DNA of 64,000 nt from Macrostomum hystrix. Its lineage: Eukaryota > Animalia > Platyhelminthes. Within the stretch, counting starts at the first letter, position 1. Every line of letters starts with the position of its first letter. Below the pieces are notes generated by a model. That model worked only from the letters and a program-made list of their open reading frames with translations, searched no databases and was not told the origin of the DNA. The position numbers and the translations under genes are program-made. Below are positions 14,771-27,416 of this stretch, piece by piece. The stretch covers positions 3,844,001 to 3,908,000 of the forward strand of contig CATNEN010000030.1 in assembly GCA_950097015.1 (NCBI GenBank), given 5' to 3'.

Positions 14771-15095
14771 CTAGCGTCGCCATGGAGACGAAAGTTTAAG
14801 GGGCTTTGCATTTTTCGAAAAACCATGAAAATATTGGCGCCGGAAATGGCGTGATCTTTTTCGGACGGCGCATTCTAACAGCTTTTGGGCTTTTTTGAGT
14901 CGGTTCTCAGCTGTATAGCAGATTTGGTTGCTATGCTAAAGTATTTTTCTTCTGCAGAACCCTACAACAATTCGCTACTTTAGCGCTTCGATTGTGAGGC
15001 TGCGAATCAAACCCTTTTTCCGCTCTAGCATGCGCTTGTGTGCCATAAGGCTGAGGTGAGAAAATATAGCTGAAAGAGTGAAGAGTTGAGCTTAC

Positions 15096-15146
15096 CTGGC
15101 GTTGGCGTGCCTTGCCGACCCCAGCTAGTCTTAGAGTAGGCGTTGT
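15096..15146 (-). CDS. Probable 51-nt exon of the ETS gene (phase 1-1)
   Basis: tttacag|...|gtaagc; reads DNAYSKTSWGRQGTPTP, loosely like the ERG cassette segment SAWTGHGHPTP. Confidence 0.55.
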
Positions 15147-16108
15147 CTGTAAATGCGAGAATGTGTCGAATAGGTTGTGGGTCAAATTTGATGAATCAGA
15201 GGGCAATAATGATCATTAAAAATGATTCAAGAATGAGTCGGTGTCTGTCAGTCAGTTTTTTGTCGGAAAAAGTCTTGGTCGGCAATTGTTTGACCCAAAT
15301 TCCCAATCTCTGCCTCTTTGACTCTTAACACTTCACGTGTCCTTCAACCCGGTACTCTGATTTCCAACCCACCCCATCCCCAACACAATGATGCGGGGCC
15401 GGCCACAAATCATGGGGCCAGGGATGCGGGACCCGCTGAGATTTCCAGCACTGAGGATCAGGGATTTAGGGAGTGGGAGAGATTAAAGTTGAATGCTGCA
15501 GCCTCGGGAAAAATGGAGAGAAGAGAGTCAAAAATATGAAAAAAATTGATGAGAAGAATTTCTGCGGGCAGTTACAATAGGGGAACTGCGCGGGTAGAGC
15601 AAGTTTGAGTTCTGCTGTGCGACAACTTTTTCTCTGTCGGCCTTCGCGTGCAAGCCAAGTTTGGCTCGGATCTCATCTGCCCCCGGCTCCATCATGCAGA
15701 CTCATAATGCCCCAGCTTCATCCCGAGTAACTTTACTGCGTCATTGTTGGTGGCTTTTGGGAGAACTGAATGATTTCCTATAATTCTCTCCCCTACGAAT
15801 TCTTCCCTAAAAAATCCCCCGAGGCGAAATACCTCCCTTTCGTGCGTTAGAGGGGCAAGCAAAAAGACAACAAAAGCTGCTGCTGCTGGTGCTGTTTATG
15901 AGTGAGACAAGGCCCTGAAGGTTTTGTTGCTAAGGCGACTAGCAATGCGGAGAAAAACTTCACCTATTTTTCTCAGTCGCTTCAAATAAAATTGTAGTGA
16001 ATTAACTTCGCATCACCGAAACAAAAGTGTTTGTTTAAAACGTCTGTTGGTGTTTTAAAACAAGGAAAAAATAGATCTCAGTCAATTGAATGAAATTTTG
16101 CAACTTAC

Positions 16109-16243
16109 CCGGAAACATGACGGGAGGCAATGGTGCTGTTGCCAGCGAGCAGGCCCTGTAGTATTCTTCCTGTTTAATGTTCTGCATTGCCTGCATGCTT
16201 TTGCCAAGAAAATGCCTAGCTTTCAGATTTGCTGCAGCTCTAG
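16109..16243 (-). CDS. Probable 135-nt exon of the ETS gene (phase 1-1)
   Basis: aacttag|...|gtaagt; reads ARAAANLKARHFLGKSMQAMQNIKQEEYYRACSLATAPLPPVMFP, with an IKQE SUMO-type motif. Confidence 0.55.
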
Positions 16244-16779
16244 CTAAGTTTGAAATATTTTGCTAAAAAGCGGGCGGGGAACTGTTGCTGATAGACTGCT
16301 ACGGCTGCTGGGTGCGCTGAGGTGGCGGGAGCTTCCTTCCTAACGGCAGATTTCCTCGAGAATGTTTTTGAGTTGCTTGGCGCGTCTGCCGCCAACCCCA
16401 ACCTCCCTCCTCCCCGCCCCCTCTCACCCGCTCACCCTGATCACTCCTTGAGCATTGGGCGATCTGGCCTCCCAGACTCCCCACTGATGAGGCTTCCTTG
16501 GCGGGGTGGCGGGTACCGGACTCACTCTCCACCTGCTCAACCAATGGGAAGGAAGGAAGCTCGGATGACATTGGTCCGGAATGACTTCCCGGCCCCGGCA
16601 TTGTGGGCTGCTGAGTCGCAAAGCTGTTATTTCCCCGTCCACCGGCGACTTCATTCCTTCTCCCGGGGAGAATCTTTGCTCTCCCCCCCTAGTCCAGTAG
16701 CGGCAGAGAGGAGCGGTACTGGAAGACAGGAGAAACATTGCCATTGCCAAAGATGCTTTCTGATTCCGTCTTGACTTAC

Positions 16780-16815
16780 CCCAGACTGCCGTCTGGATTG
16801 TCATGTCTGGGATGT
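16780..16815 (-). CDS. Possible 36-nt exon (or first coding exon from ATG 16804) of the ETS gene
   Basis: cattag|AC ATC CCA GAC ATG ACA ATC CAG ACG GCA GTC TGG G|gtaagt; strong donor, phase 1. Confidence 0.4.
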
Positions 16816-16865
16816 CTAATGATTGGGAGTGAAATACCAATGGGATCAGAATCTAGGCCTGGGAT

Positions 16866-17427
16866 CTCTTACCTGTCTCATCTCTTACCTGTCTCATCTC
16901 TCACCTGTCTCATCTCTTACCTGTCTCATCTCTTACCTGTCTCATCTCTCACCTGTCTCATCTCTTACCTGTCTCATCTCTTATCTGTCTCATCTCTTAT
17001 CTGTCTCATCTCTTATCTGTCTCATCTCTTATCTGTCTCATCTCTCACCTGTCTCATCTCTTACCTGTCTCATCTCTTACCTGTCTCATCTCTTACCTGT
17101 CTCATCTCTCACCTGTCTCATCTCTTACCTGTCTCATCTCTTACCTGTCTCATCTCTCACCTGTCTCATCTCTTACCTGTCTCATCTCTTATCTGTCTCA
17201 TCTCTTATCTGTCTCATCTCTTATCTGTCTCATCTCTTACCTGTCTCATCTCTCACCTGTCTCATCTCTTACCTGTCTCATCTCTTACCTGTCTCATCTC
17301 TCACCTGTCTCATCTCTTACCTGTTTCATCTCTTACCTGTTTCATCTCTTACCTGTTTCATCTCTTATCTGTCTCATCTCTTATCTGTCTCATCTCTTAT
17401 CTGTCTCATCTCTTACCTGTCTCATCT
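16866..17427. repeat. Minisatellite, 16 bp unit (ctgtctcatctcttac and variants), about 35 copies
   Basis: Direct reading; the minus strand reads gagacag-gtaaga-gat. Confidence 0.95.
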
Positions 17428-18924
17428 CTTGCCTGTTTCATCTCTCCCGTGTCAGACCAACCCAGATCTAGGACTAAGTCTAGGAAAGAAATTAAAATGA
17501 TTGTCAAAGTTGATGGCAATTTTTCTTATCTGAGAGTTTCGTAACAAAATGCGACTGAGACTATCGTATGAAAACTTGCATATGTGAGTAGCCAGAATTG
17601 GCTAATCACCCAAATAATTGAAGCACTTTTTTTCCTCAGAAAGCTGCTCACTAAATGGAAATTCAATCTTTGCTAACCAATGATCATTATTACCTATGAA
17701 TATTTGCGTTATTAAACTAGCAGCGGGCCGGTTGAATCAACAAATCAGTATACTAAGTGGAAACGAACACGCCACCACTGCACCACTCGAGTTTTGTTGT
17801 GAGGTGGGGCGCCAGTGACTTCAGTCTCAAGTTGGGCAGCTGCAAATTGTCTATGAAGGTAAATTGGCCTCTATATGTAATCAAAATAGGTAATTCTACC
17901 CCAACTTTGATTGCTGCCTTGTCTCCGGGTGGGGGCGGATGCGGCTGTGTTTTAAGTAGGAACACGGAGATAGGGGGAAACTGGAGCTGCTGCTCTGCCC
18001 CCATGGGGAATTGGGAAAAGTTTTGTTGAACATCTCTGAAATACTGAGTCCACCCCAATGCCCCTGAAATCTATTGTTGACGCAGCCCCCCCGGCTCAAA
18101 CAAGACTGTGTTTTCCACAGTTATTGCCAGTGATATTGTTGTAAGCTGAGAATAATTCACTTTTTTTATCCCAATTTCCCCTATGTCTCTAAACTCAGCA
18201 CCGAAACCAAAACATTGCGGCTGAGACGGGCACCTGGGACAGAAATGTCCGACTCGCTGTCAAAGCCCGAGCCCAGCTTGTTGTATAAAATCATCTCCAG
18301 TGATAATATACCTTGGCCAGCCACGCCGTGAGTAGAAATACGGGTCGCGTGCCTCATCAACCCGCTGCTCCAAGGTGCTCGGACACGCGACTTTGGCGGC
18401 TGCTAAAGAATGTGGCTTTAGAGTTGGAGTGAGCGCAGTCGAGTATGTTTGTAGATTTTCCTGGACCGATGATTAGGCTTGGCACCAAAAGCAGTTCTTC
18501 CTGTTGTATATAGAAAACAGTCTTGAGAAAACAGAAGATCATATATCACTGTTCACTGATCAGGGGCACGCGACTAGATTTTCATTTCTCCCGCCGAGAT
18601 TTTTTTAGGAAGTTAAACTTCAGCAGAACGGACGGCTCGCTTTTATCTTCTGCGCACAGTCTGAGCTAATTATGACAGTTTCTACATAACGCGGTGTGTT
18701 CCAGTTTGTTGATCTGGCTGTCATAAAATATACAATTCCTTCCTCAATAGAATAGATTTTGTATTACTATGAGTGCCTTCACATGGTCGGGAAGTCATCA
18801 TTTGTGGTACTTATATATTACCTATATATTACAATTACCTATATATCTCTTTCTAGGACTGATTTATCATATTTCCTAAGCTCATTTATCTAAGTGCAGA
18901 AAGAGACCATTGCCATTGAAAAGC

Positions 18925-19555
18925 ATCTGGGATTCTACGAATCTGGGATTCTACGAATCTGGGATTCTACGAATCTGGGATTCTACGAATCTGGGATTCT
19001 ACGAATCTGGGATTCTACGAATCTGGGATTCTACGAATCTGGGATTCTACGAATCTGGGATTCTACGAATCTGGGATTCTACGAATCTGGGATTCTACGA
19101 ATCTGGGATTCTACGAATCTGGGATTCTACGAATCTGGGATTCTACGAATCTGGGATTCTACGAATCTGGGATTCTACGAATCTGGGATTCTACGAATCT
19201 GGGATTCTACGAATCTGGGATTCTACGAATCTGGGATTCTACGAATCTGGGATTCTACGAATCTGGGATTCTACGAATCTGGGATTCTACGAATCTGGGA
19301 TTCTACGAATCTGGGATTCTACGAATCTGGGATTCTACGAATCTGGGATTCTACGAATCTGGGATTCTACGAATCTGGGATTCTACGAATCTGGGATTCT
19401 ACGAATCTGGGATTCTACGAATCTGGGATTCTACGAATCTGGGATTCTACGAATCTGGGATTCTACGAATCTGGGATTCTACGAATCTGGGATTCTACGA
19501 ATCTGGGATTCTACGAATCTGGGATTCTACGAATCTGGGATTCTACGAATCTGGG
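18925..19555. repeat. Homogeneous minisatellite, 16 bp unit (atctgggattctacga), about 39 copies
   Basis: No variant unit seen along the array. Confidence 0.97.
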
Positions 19556-21039
19556 CCCAGCTTTGAGATGAAGAAATCCCTAAGGATTGGCATTTACGGC
19601 ACTTCTAAAATGTGGCGCGTTGAATGGATTGCAGTATAGAAGAAGGAAGTTGGGCATTGCTTGGCTCTGACTACGGATTGGGATTTGGGGGGAAGTTTTG
19701 GGTGGCGAGCCGCTAGATCCTCTACAATAACTCCTGCGTGTGCGGGAGAAGAATAGCGATGAGGGATGGATTCGTGTGTGTGTGTGTGTGTGTGAGCAGA
19801 AAAAAATAAAACTGCTTTCCTGGCCCCATGCATGCTTCTCTCACACATACGCCTATATACACACATATATATATAGCGCAGAGCCTTTGTTCCAGAGCGG
19901 AAGTGCAAAGTCTTGGCCAAGGAAGCTGCAATCTCCTCTTTATTGGGGAGCATTTCCTGCGCTGGGACCCAAGGAGGAGAAAGAGCCTGAGAGGGGGGAG
20001 AGGGAAGAGAGGGAGATGGTGAAGGGGAGAACTGGTCTCCCAGACAGTTGGGCTAAGACGCAGCAGCCAGGTTAGGTGGCCCCGGCTCCAGGTAGGCCAG
20101 ACCAGCACCTTGGTCCGCTGGTCTGTAGGGGGATTTCGGGATGAGGAGGGAGGAGGGGGGCGGTCGGCAACTTCCGTTCCGCGAATAATGCGGCAGCAGG
20201 CGAGGCCATTATCCCCAGCCGGGTTGGAGATAAAAGCCAATCATTCTTTCCAATTATTCAGGGCGGGCGCCTTAGCGATGGCCTGCGATCAGTCGGGAGT
20301 CAGTCAGTCAGCGACCACTCAACCACTGGCGTTGCAGAGTAAGAAACTCGCAGTCAGAGGAGACACTGCAGGGTGGAGCATTAAATAGCCAGTTGGAAAC
20401 GGGATCAGTCTTGATCTTGAGACCGGGTCTCAATCTTCTCACTTTTTCCTCACCCTTTTTCCTCCCGCATTTCCTATAATGTCACTCTCAGTGTTTTTAT
20501 TTGAACTGGATGAAATCAAATCAACGAATTTGTTCAAATACCCTGCTCCCACTTAGCAGGGCCCTATCCGAGTCACCTGCCACACCTGCTGATTGCAAAA
20601 TCGAGGGATCCTGAAGAATTGCGTAGTTGATTAGATTTCTCTCCTTCCCGACTTTCAGTCCGTGTCAAGCGCAGGTTTTTTGGCACCCATCTGCGCGGAG
20701 ATGAATCGGAAGATGTGAACTAATTGAATTTATCTCATTTTATTAGCTTACTGAAGCAGCGATCTACGGATTAACAGCGGACCGCTTTTGAGAAGGCCAT
20801 GATGGATCTTACCTGATAGACCTGAAGGTAAAGTGTTTATACAGGCCTGCTAACGCATTTTACTAATTTATAATTTACTTGGTATTTTTATGTTTAAGCT
20901 AAGCTTATTAGTTGATTTCGAGTTTAAAAGAATATTTTTTGAAAGGCCACTGTTAGGGGCCCTTGAGTCAGGACTTTGTGGGTTCGAAGTCTCCTGAAAA
21001 TATTTCATCTCACTCTATCATATTTCGATCTACTTCTCC

Positions 21040-21345
21040 CCCTCTCACTCTACTTCTCTCCTTCTCAATTTACTTCTCTCCCTCTCGCTCCTCAACTTCT
21101 CTCCCTCTCGCTCTACTTCTCTCCCTCTCGCTCTAATTCTCTCCTTCTTAATTTACTTCTCTCCTTCTCACTCTACTTCACTCCCTCTCACTCTACTTCT
21201 CTCCCTCTCACTCTACTTCTCTCCCTCTCACTCTACTTCTCTCCCTCTCGCTCTACTTCTCTCCCTCTCGCTCTACTTCTCTCACTCTCGCTCTACTTCT
21301 CTCCTTCTTACTTTACTTCTCTCCCTTTCACTCTATTCTCTTCTA
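21040..21345. repeat. Pyrimidine-rich minisatellite, about 20 bp unit (ctctacttctctccctctca)
   Basis: Direct reading. Confidence 0.9.
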
Positions 21346-22054
21346 CATCTCTTTGTGTGCCTCTACCCCTCAACCACACAATCTACAAGCTCATAGATCC
21401 CACAAAAGTTTTTATTATTTGAATCATTAATTTCGAAAGATCCCTTTGCAATTCTTTCTTCCGTATCCGACCAGTTGATTTTCACTCCAGACAACAAAAT
21501 CGCATTGAAATTTTAGCTCCTTTTAGGGATTATTATTTCCTGAGAGAGATGGCTAACAATATGATGCCCGGCTTTCTCACGGTAAGTAGCGGGGTCGATC
21601 TTCGCCCAGCAACCGCTCAGCTGGGAGGGATTGGGAAAAGGGGAAGATTATAGTGGGAAGACTCATTAGCCTAGGGATGGCATGGGAGTTGGCCTCGCAG
21701 CATTCTCCCACCGATCTCAGCAGCTGAGGCAGTGCGGAGGTGACGCTGTGGGGGGTGCTACTCTGCGGATCAGCTCAAAGTTAACCCGGGAACTGCCGCT
21801 GAGCACAAAGAGTTTGTCTCTTTGCACCCTCCCTTCTGCCTTCTGCCCCCGGTTTCTCAGCCAGTGCCCTGAGGCGATTCGATCAGCCCTGAGCACAGCT
21901 CAGAAACTGGGGCACACTGAATTATATGCTTCGTAAAATTGGTTTGGTAGGTGAAAAGTGGTGGGTCGATTGTTAGTTCAAGGGGTTAAATTCTGGCTTT
22001 TAAATGCTGGGTCAGGTTAACAGGCAGGGCCCAATTTAGTTACGACTCATCCAT

Positions 22055-22762
22055 CAGTGAGCTACCTCCCATCCTTCAGTGAGCTACCTCCCATCCTTCA
22101 GTGAGCTACCTCCCATCCATCAGTGAGCTACCTCCCATCCATCAGTGAGCTACCTCCCATCCTTCAGTGAGCTACCTCCCATCCTTCAGTGAGCTACCTC
22201 CCATCCTTCAGTGAGCTACCTCCCATCCATCAGTGAGCTACCTCCCATCCTTCAGTGAGCTACCTCCCATCCATCAGTGAGCTACCTCCCATCCTTCAGT
22301 AAGCTATTTCTCATCCATCAGTGAGCTATTTCTCATCCATCAGTGAGCTATTTCTCATCCATTAGTGAGCTATTTCTCATCCATCAGTGATCTACCTCCC
22401 ATCCATCAGTGAGCTACCTCCCATCCATCAGTGAGCTACCTCCCATCCATCAGTGAGCTACCTCCCATCCATCAGCGAGCTACCTCCCATCCTTCAGTGA
22501 GCTACCTCCCATCCATCAGTGATCTACCTCCCATCCATCAGTGAGCTACCTCCCATCCATCAGCGAGCTACCTCCCATCCTTCAGTGAGCTACCTCCCAT
22601 CCTTCAGTGAGCTATTTCTCATCCATCAGTGATCTACCTCCCATCCATCAGTGAGCTACCTCCTATCCTTCAGTGAGCTACCTCCCATCCATCAGTGATC
22701 TACCTCCCATCCTTCAGTGAGCTACCTCCCATCCTTCAGTGAGCTATTTCTCATCCATCAGT
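22055..22762. repeat. Minisatellite, 22 bp unit (tcagtgagctacctcccatcc[a/t])
   Basis: Direct reading, about 32 copies. Confidence 0.95.
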
Positions 22763-23253
22763 GCACTATGACGTCAGTCTCAATGGACATTCAAGTACGT
22801 CATCAAGCGCATTTTGCCCACTATTCCGTGATTTTACCCTGTCAAGGTCACCCGAGACAAAAGAAAACATTTTCGGGAAGGAAATTATTGAGCACGCCAA
22901 AGTGTAGCACAATATTCTCGATTTGTTACATGCTCTGATAATTGTGGGCAAGCATTAACCGCATTCTAGGAGCCTCCTTTGATCATTGCAACCTCAAACA
23001 AACGATCGCTAGCTTGAGGTGATAATGCCTGACGCACACGTCTCCATTTTAGTTCGAAGATTATTAAGCAAGTAAAGTCGCTTTTGCTACAGCATTGCCG
23101 CGCTGATTGCGAGATTAAATAAGATGACGGATCTCTACTTGAAGTAGTAATATTCGGACCTCATTTTAGATTCGCTGAAATTAATAACGGAGAGTTATGG
23201 AAACCTCGGACAATATATTATTGAGGATTATAAAAATTGGGATCTGAGATTGT

Positions 23254-23749
23254 CCAAGAATCTGGGATTCTCCAAGAATCTGGGATTCTCCAAGAATCTG
23301 GGATTCTCCAAGAATCTGGGATTCTCCAAGAATCTGGGATTCTCCAAGAATCTGGGATTCTCCAAGAATCTGGGATTCTCCAAGAATCTGGGATTCTCCA
23401 AGAATCTGGGATTCTCCAAGAATCTGGGATTCTCCAAGAATCTGGGATTCTCCAAGAATCTGGGATTCTCCAAGAATCTGGGATTCTCCAAGAATCTGGG
23501 ATTCTCCAAGAATCTGGAATTCTCCAAGAATCTGGGATTCTCCAAGAATCTGGGATTCTCCAAGAATCTGGGATTCTCCAAGAATCTGGGAACCTCCAAG
23601 AATCTTGGATTCTCATAGAATCTGGGATTCTCCAAGAATCTGGGATTCTCCAAGAATCTGGGATTCTCCAAGAATCTGGGATTCTCCAAGAATCTGGGAT
23701 TCTCCAAGAATCTGGGATTCTCCAAGAATCTGGGATTCTCCAAGAATCT
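23254..23749. repeat. Minisatellite, 18 bp unit (aagaatctgggattctcc), about 27 copies
   Basis: Direct reading; shares the core gaatctgggattc with the array at 18925. Confidence 0.97.
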
Positions 23750-24542
23750 TGACAGAACAAGCCAAACTGAAAGGTAGCGTTGTTTTATATTCCTTATTAA
23801 TTATTGCAATAAATTCCATGGGAACAGAAAAAACATTTCAAAGTGTTTCAAGGTGAAAAGGTGAGGTCAGAAGTTAGACCGAGCAGTCACTCACTCACTC
23901 CGACCGCAGAATTAATTTTAGTGGCTGCGGTTAAAAAGCCGACTAGTTGTCAGTCAAAAAACACTCAGTGGTCACTTAGGCGCCAAGGCTTCGTGCCAGA
24001 GCAGACAGCGGGCTTGGATTATCTCGCCTCTCTAACCTCTCATATCTCACCTGTTAGGCTGGTCAGTCCGTCACTGCAGTTGCGAGGGCCTATCAATCTT
24101 CTATCTCACTGGCAAACATGACCACTCTGTAGCTGAATACTCAAATTTGAATTAATTTCGGACGCATGTTCGCTCAAAGAAAAAGAATTTTTTAGTACTG
24201 TTATCAAATTAAACTTTGCAAAGCAAACGCTGATTTGGATATTCGAAAATGGCTGATGAGCTAACCTGATTGGCTGTTCCCAAAATGGGATATTTCTCGT
24301 GTATCATTGTTTCGAAATGAATAACAGGGATAGAAGAGTAAGACGATGATTTTGCATTTCAGACAGTTTTCAACCCTATAGATGATGGAGATGTACAAAT
24401 GCACTGTTTAATTTTCTGCACTTTGCAAAGTGTATTACAGGGCGGCAGGTGTGATTGTTATAATCTGCTTAAAACAAACATTTCCCTTATATCCACCGGT
24501 GCACACATTCTGTATTTTAGCCAGCAAGCTTAAATTCTATAG

Positions 24543-25935
24543 TCAGTAGACCCCAGCTCCGAGTTCTTCTTTGGCGCCCAGGTTGCTTAAAAAATTCTGC
24601 AACCTCTCCAGGGTTGGCATCTCAGTTGATGCCGGATGTTGAACACTCGGCATCTCGCCGCAGCCGCTGTCTCCACAGAAGATCTTCACGGCGTCCATGT
24701 TGCCAAGGAAACGCGAGAACATCTCAGCATCGAAGCAGTCGAAATCTTCGTCGAATCGGGTCGCAACACCCACCTCCGTTACAGATGAGTGCTGACAATG
24801 GACCCGCTGGTGCTGATGATAAGGCTGATGATTTGACCAGTTGCAGCTGTCAGTGCTTGATGCGGATTGCTGCCAGTTGCAGCAGCAGCAGCAGCAGCAG
24901 CTGTAACCGCTGTTGTAGGCTTGGCCACTGGCACTGGTCCACGAACTCGCGGTCCAGCTTTGGTGATGCTGGTGATTTTGCTGATGCTGATGTGGATGCT
25001 CTTCGAAACACCTTTGTTGGTTCCTTGGTTCCAGCTGTTGCTTAGCAACGACTGGCTGGGGGTCGGGACGTTTCGTATCGTCTGCCAAGCTTCGCTTCTT
25101 GCGTCGCGGCTGGTATTTGTAGCCCGGATGATCAGCCGCGTGCTGCCGCTTCAGCCGCTCGGCTTCCAGCACGAACGGCTGTTTCTGGAAGTCGCTCATT
25201 GACTTCCATCTGTCGCCTGTATCGGAAATGAGCGGAGTGGAAATTTTCTCCTTGGATATTGTTGCCTGATTTTCAGTTATGTCTAATGCAATGTGGGAAA
25301 CATGCGTGTCTAACACCCCTGGTTACTAAATTACTAGAAACTCACAAAATAAATCAACAAGTTCCAGTGGACAATGAGGCACGCCATTCTCATTATGACA
25401 ATCTTTTAAAGAAATGAAGTTATTTATTTGCATTTCATAATAGTATTACAACAACTGCAGCATTATTTGTAACACAATGTGCGAGCTTTGTCAAAGACCG
25501 AAGACAGTTTCCCACAGACTGCTGCCAGAATTAGCATAGTCAAACTGATCAACTGCCAACTGCCATCGAATGGAGGTATTGTGAACTAGCCATTATATCA
25601 AAGGGCTGCATTTATTGTACTTTTAGCTCTGTGCACTTATAGAGTTTATCCGGGATCAACTCACCCAGCAGTCTACTGAGCTCGACATTGTGCACATCTG
25701 GGTTGGCCTTCGACAGCAGCCTGCGCTCGGCCCTAGCCCACACCATGAACGGGTTCATTGGTCGCGGAATGTGATTCCTTCGACGCCGCCTCCCGCCTCC
25801 GCCGCCGCCGCCGCCTAAGCTGCTGCTGCTGCTGCCTCCGCTGTGACTGGGCCCAGCCGCGTAGCTGCTGTCGGCGCTGCTTGCCGAAGTGCTTGGCCGG
25901 TCCCAGCTGTAGTCGGGAATGTCAAAGCTGGCCAT
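24543..25935 (-). CDS. Sox HMG-box transcription factor, group E/F type; join(25935..25665, 25216..24543), about 314 aa
   Basis: HMG box [37 protein letters not shown]|[40 protein letters not shown]. The phase-1 intron (G|gtgagt...tacag|GC) is at the LG position typical of Sox[12 protein letters not shown] resembles the SoxE/F FDxxEFDQYL motif. Confidence 0.9.
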
Positions 25936-27416
25936 TTGTTTGAATACACCGATCGATTCCGTCAATCACAATCGCATCAGAGCCCGTTGCCAGCCAGTCG
26001 GTTTTGCCGTTTATATACTCCTGCGGCAGTCTGGCTCTATCGAAAAGCACCCTCTTCATTTTCTTGTCGCGATTAGATGCGGGGAGGGTGTCGAAGCGAA
26101 CGGTGTGAAGGCTCGGGGTGGCTGGGTCTGAGTGATTAGATAAGCTTTTCACCTGCGACTGGGTGCTGGGGTGGGATTGGGTTTGAAGGCCAGGAGCGCA
26201 CCCAGACATAGTAAGCTCCAGGTGTTAAAGGGACGATTAGCTTAAAATCTTTAAATTGAAAAGGAACCAATTCTCTGCTTCCATTATTTTTTTAACGGAA
26301 ACCATCATTGTTGCTTGTATTTTATTTCGTTTCAGACACTGGGTCGTTGCAAATACGTTCCGACAAGCCTTTCACACTGTGCTTGCTTTGATAGTAACGA
26401 AAGATAAATCAGCATTCGAAACAAGATCTGAAATTACAGAAACAGTAAAAATCTGGCATGGAATTTCGGGTCATCACTTTCGGGTTTCACAAAGTTCATT
26501 CATCTTAAAGTGTGCTCCGGGAGCAGTGTACTAAAGTGTGAATTTCTCCACGCGGGACACAGTGCAGCGGCCCTTTGATCACCACGCGTGCTCGAAGTTT
26601 TTGGCCCCTAACCAAATGTTTGCTGGATTCTAGTTCAATACTTAAAAAAGCCAGAGTTTTTATGCTGACCTCATCAATAAAAAGGCCTCTCCTAGTGCTC
26701 AGACTCGATTCGCTTTGGCTTGAGTTTGTCAATAAGTGAAATAGCATGCATGCATGCATGCCGCTAGTCTGGTCTAAAGGCGGCGCGGCATTTCATGTCC
26801 ACATGGAGCGCCCTTTCTCACCTTGCCACCAGCCACTTGAAAGGTGTCTGGGTGGCTTTTTGTAAAATGCCGCCTGTCTAGGTGAGCCAGAGCAGGTAGA
26901 AAAATATTTTTTTCGGCAGCCGGTACTCGCAATAGGTTTTAGGCGGCACATTGCAGTGCAAGGTTGTAAAACCACCCCCCCAGTGGTTCGGTAATGATTT
27001 TGCTGTTTTTCTCTTAAAGTTCATTTCAGCAAGACTCGTCATGATGTGATTATTTAGAGCAACGCACTTTCGAAAAATAGTTACGACAACATGCAGTTCC
27101 CAAGCAGTTAATTTTTTTGAAAGCCTTCTTTGCGCAACGTTTCCCAGCCATGATGCACAGTCCTCTAATTCTTAATCGTTTTTTCAGAAGTTTACGAGAT
27201 CGATTCTTTTTAAGATGTATAAAACATTTAAGATTTAAGAATTTTGTCACAATGCATACTTATAGTAGCCGACTATGCGACGTTATTAAACAGTTTTGAA
27301 ACTGCATGTGTATGCACATACTGGCTAAAATTTGACTATTTATTTCTTTTAGCGTTGACTAAAGCATAGAATTGTGTCTAATCAGTATTATGAACAAATT
27401 CGTTTCAAAATCCTTT

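Noticed and set aside
18342-18578. Short inverted pair gtcgcgtgcc / ggcacgcgac as MITE ends
   Set aside because: Only 10 bp, with no target-site duplication.
24860-24905. Poly-Cys (CTG repeat) in Sox exon 2 as a sign of frameshift
   Set aside because: The same frame continues to the SoxE/F-like [10 protein letters not shown] motif and a normal stop, so no frameshift is needed.
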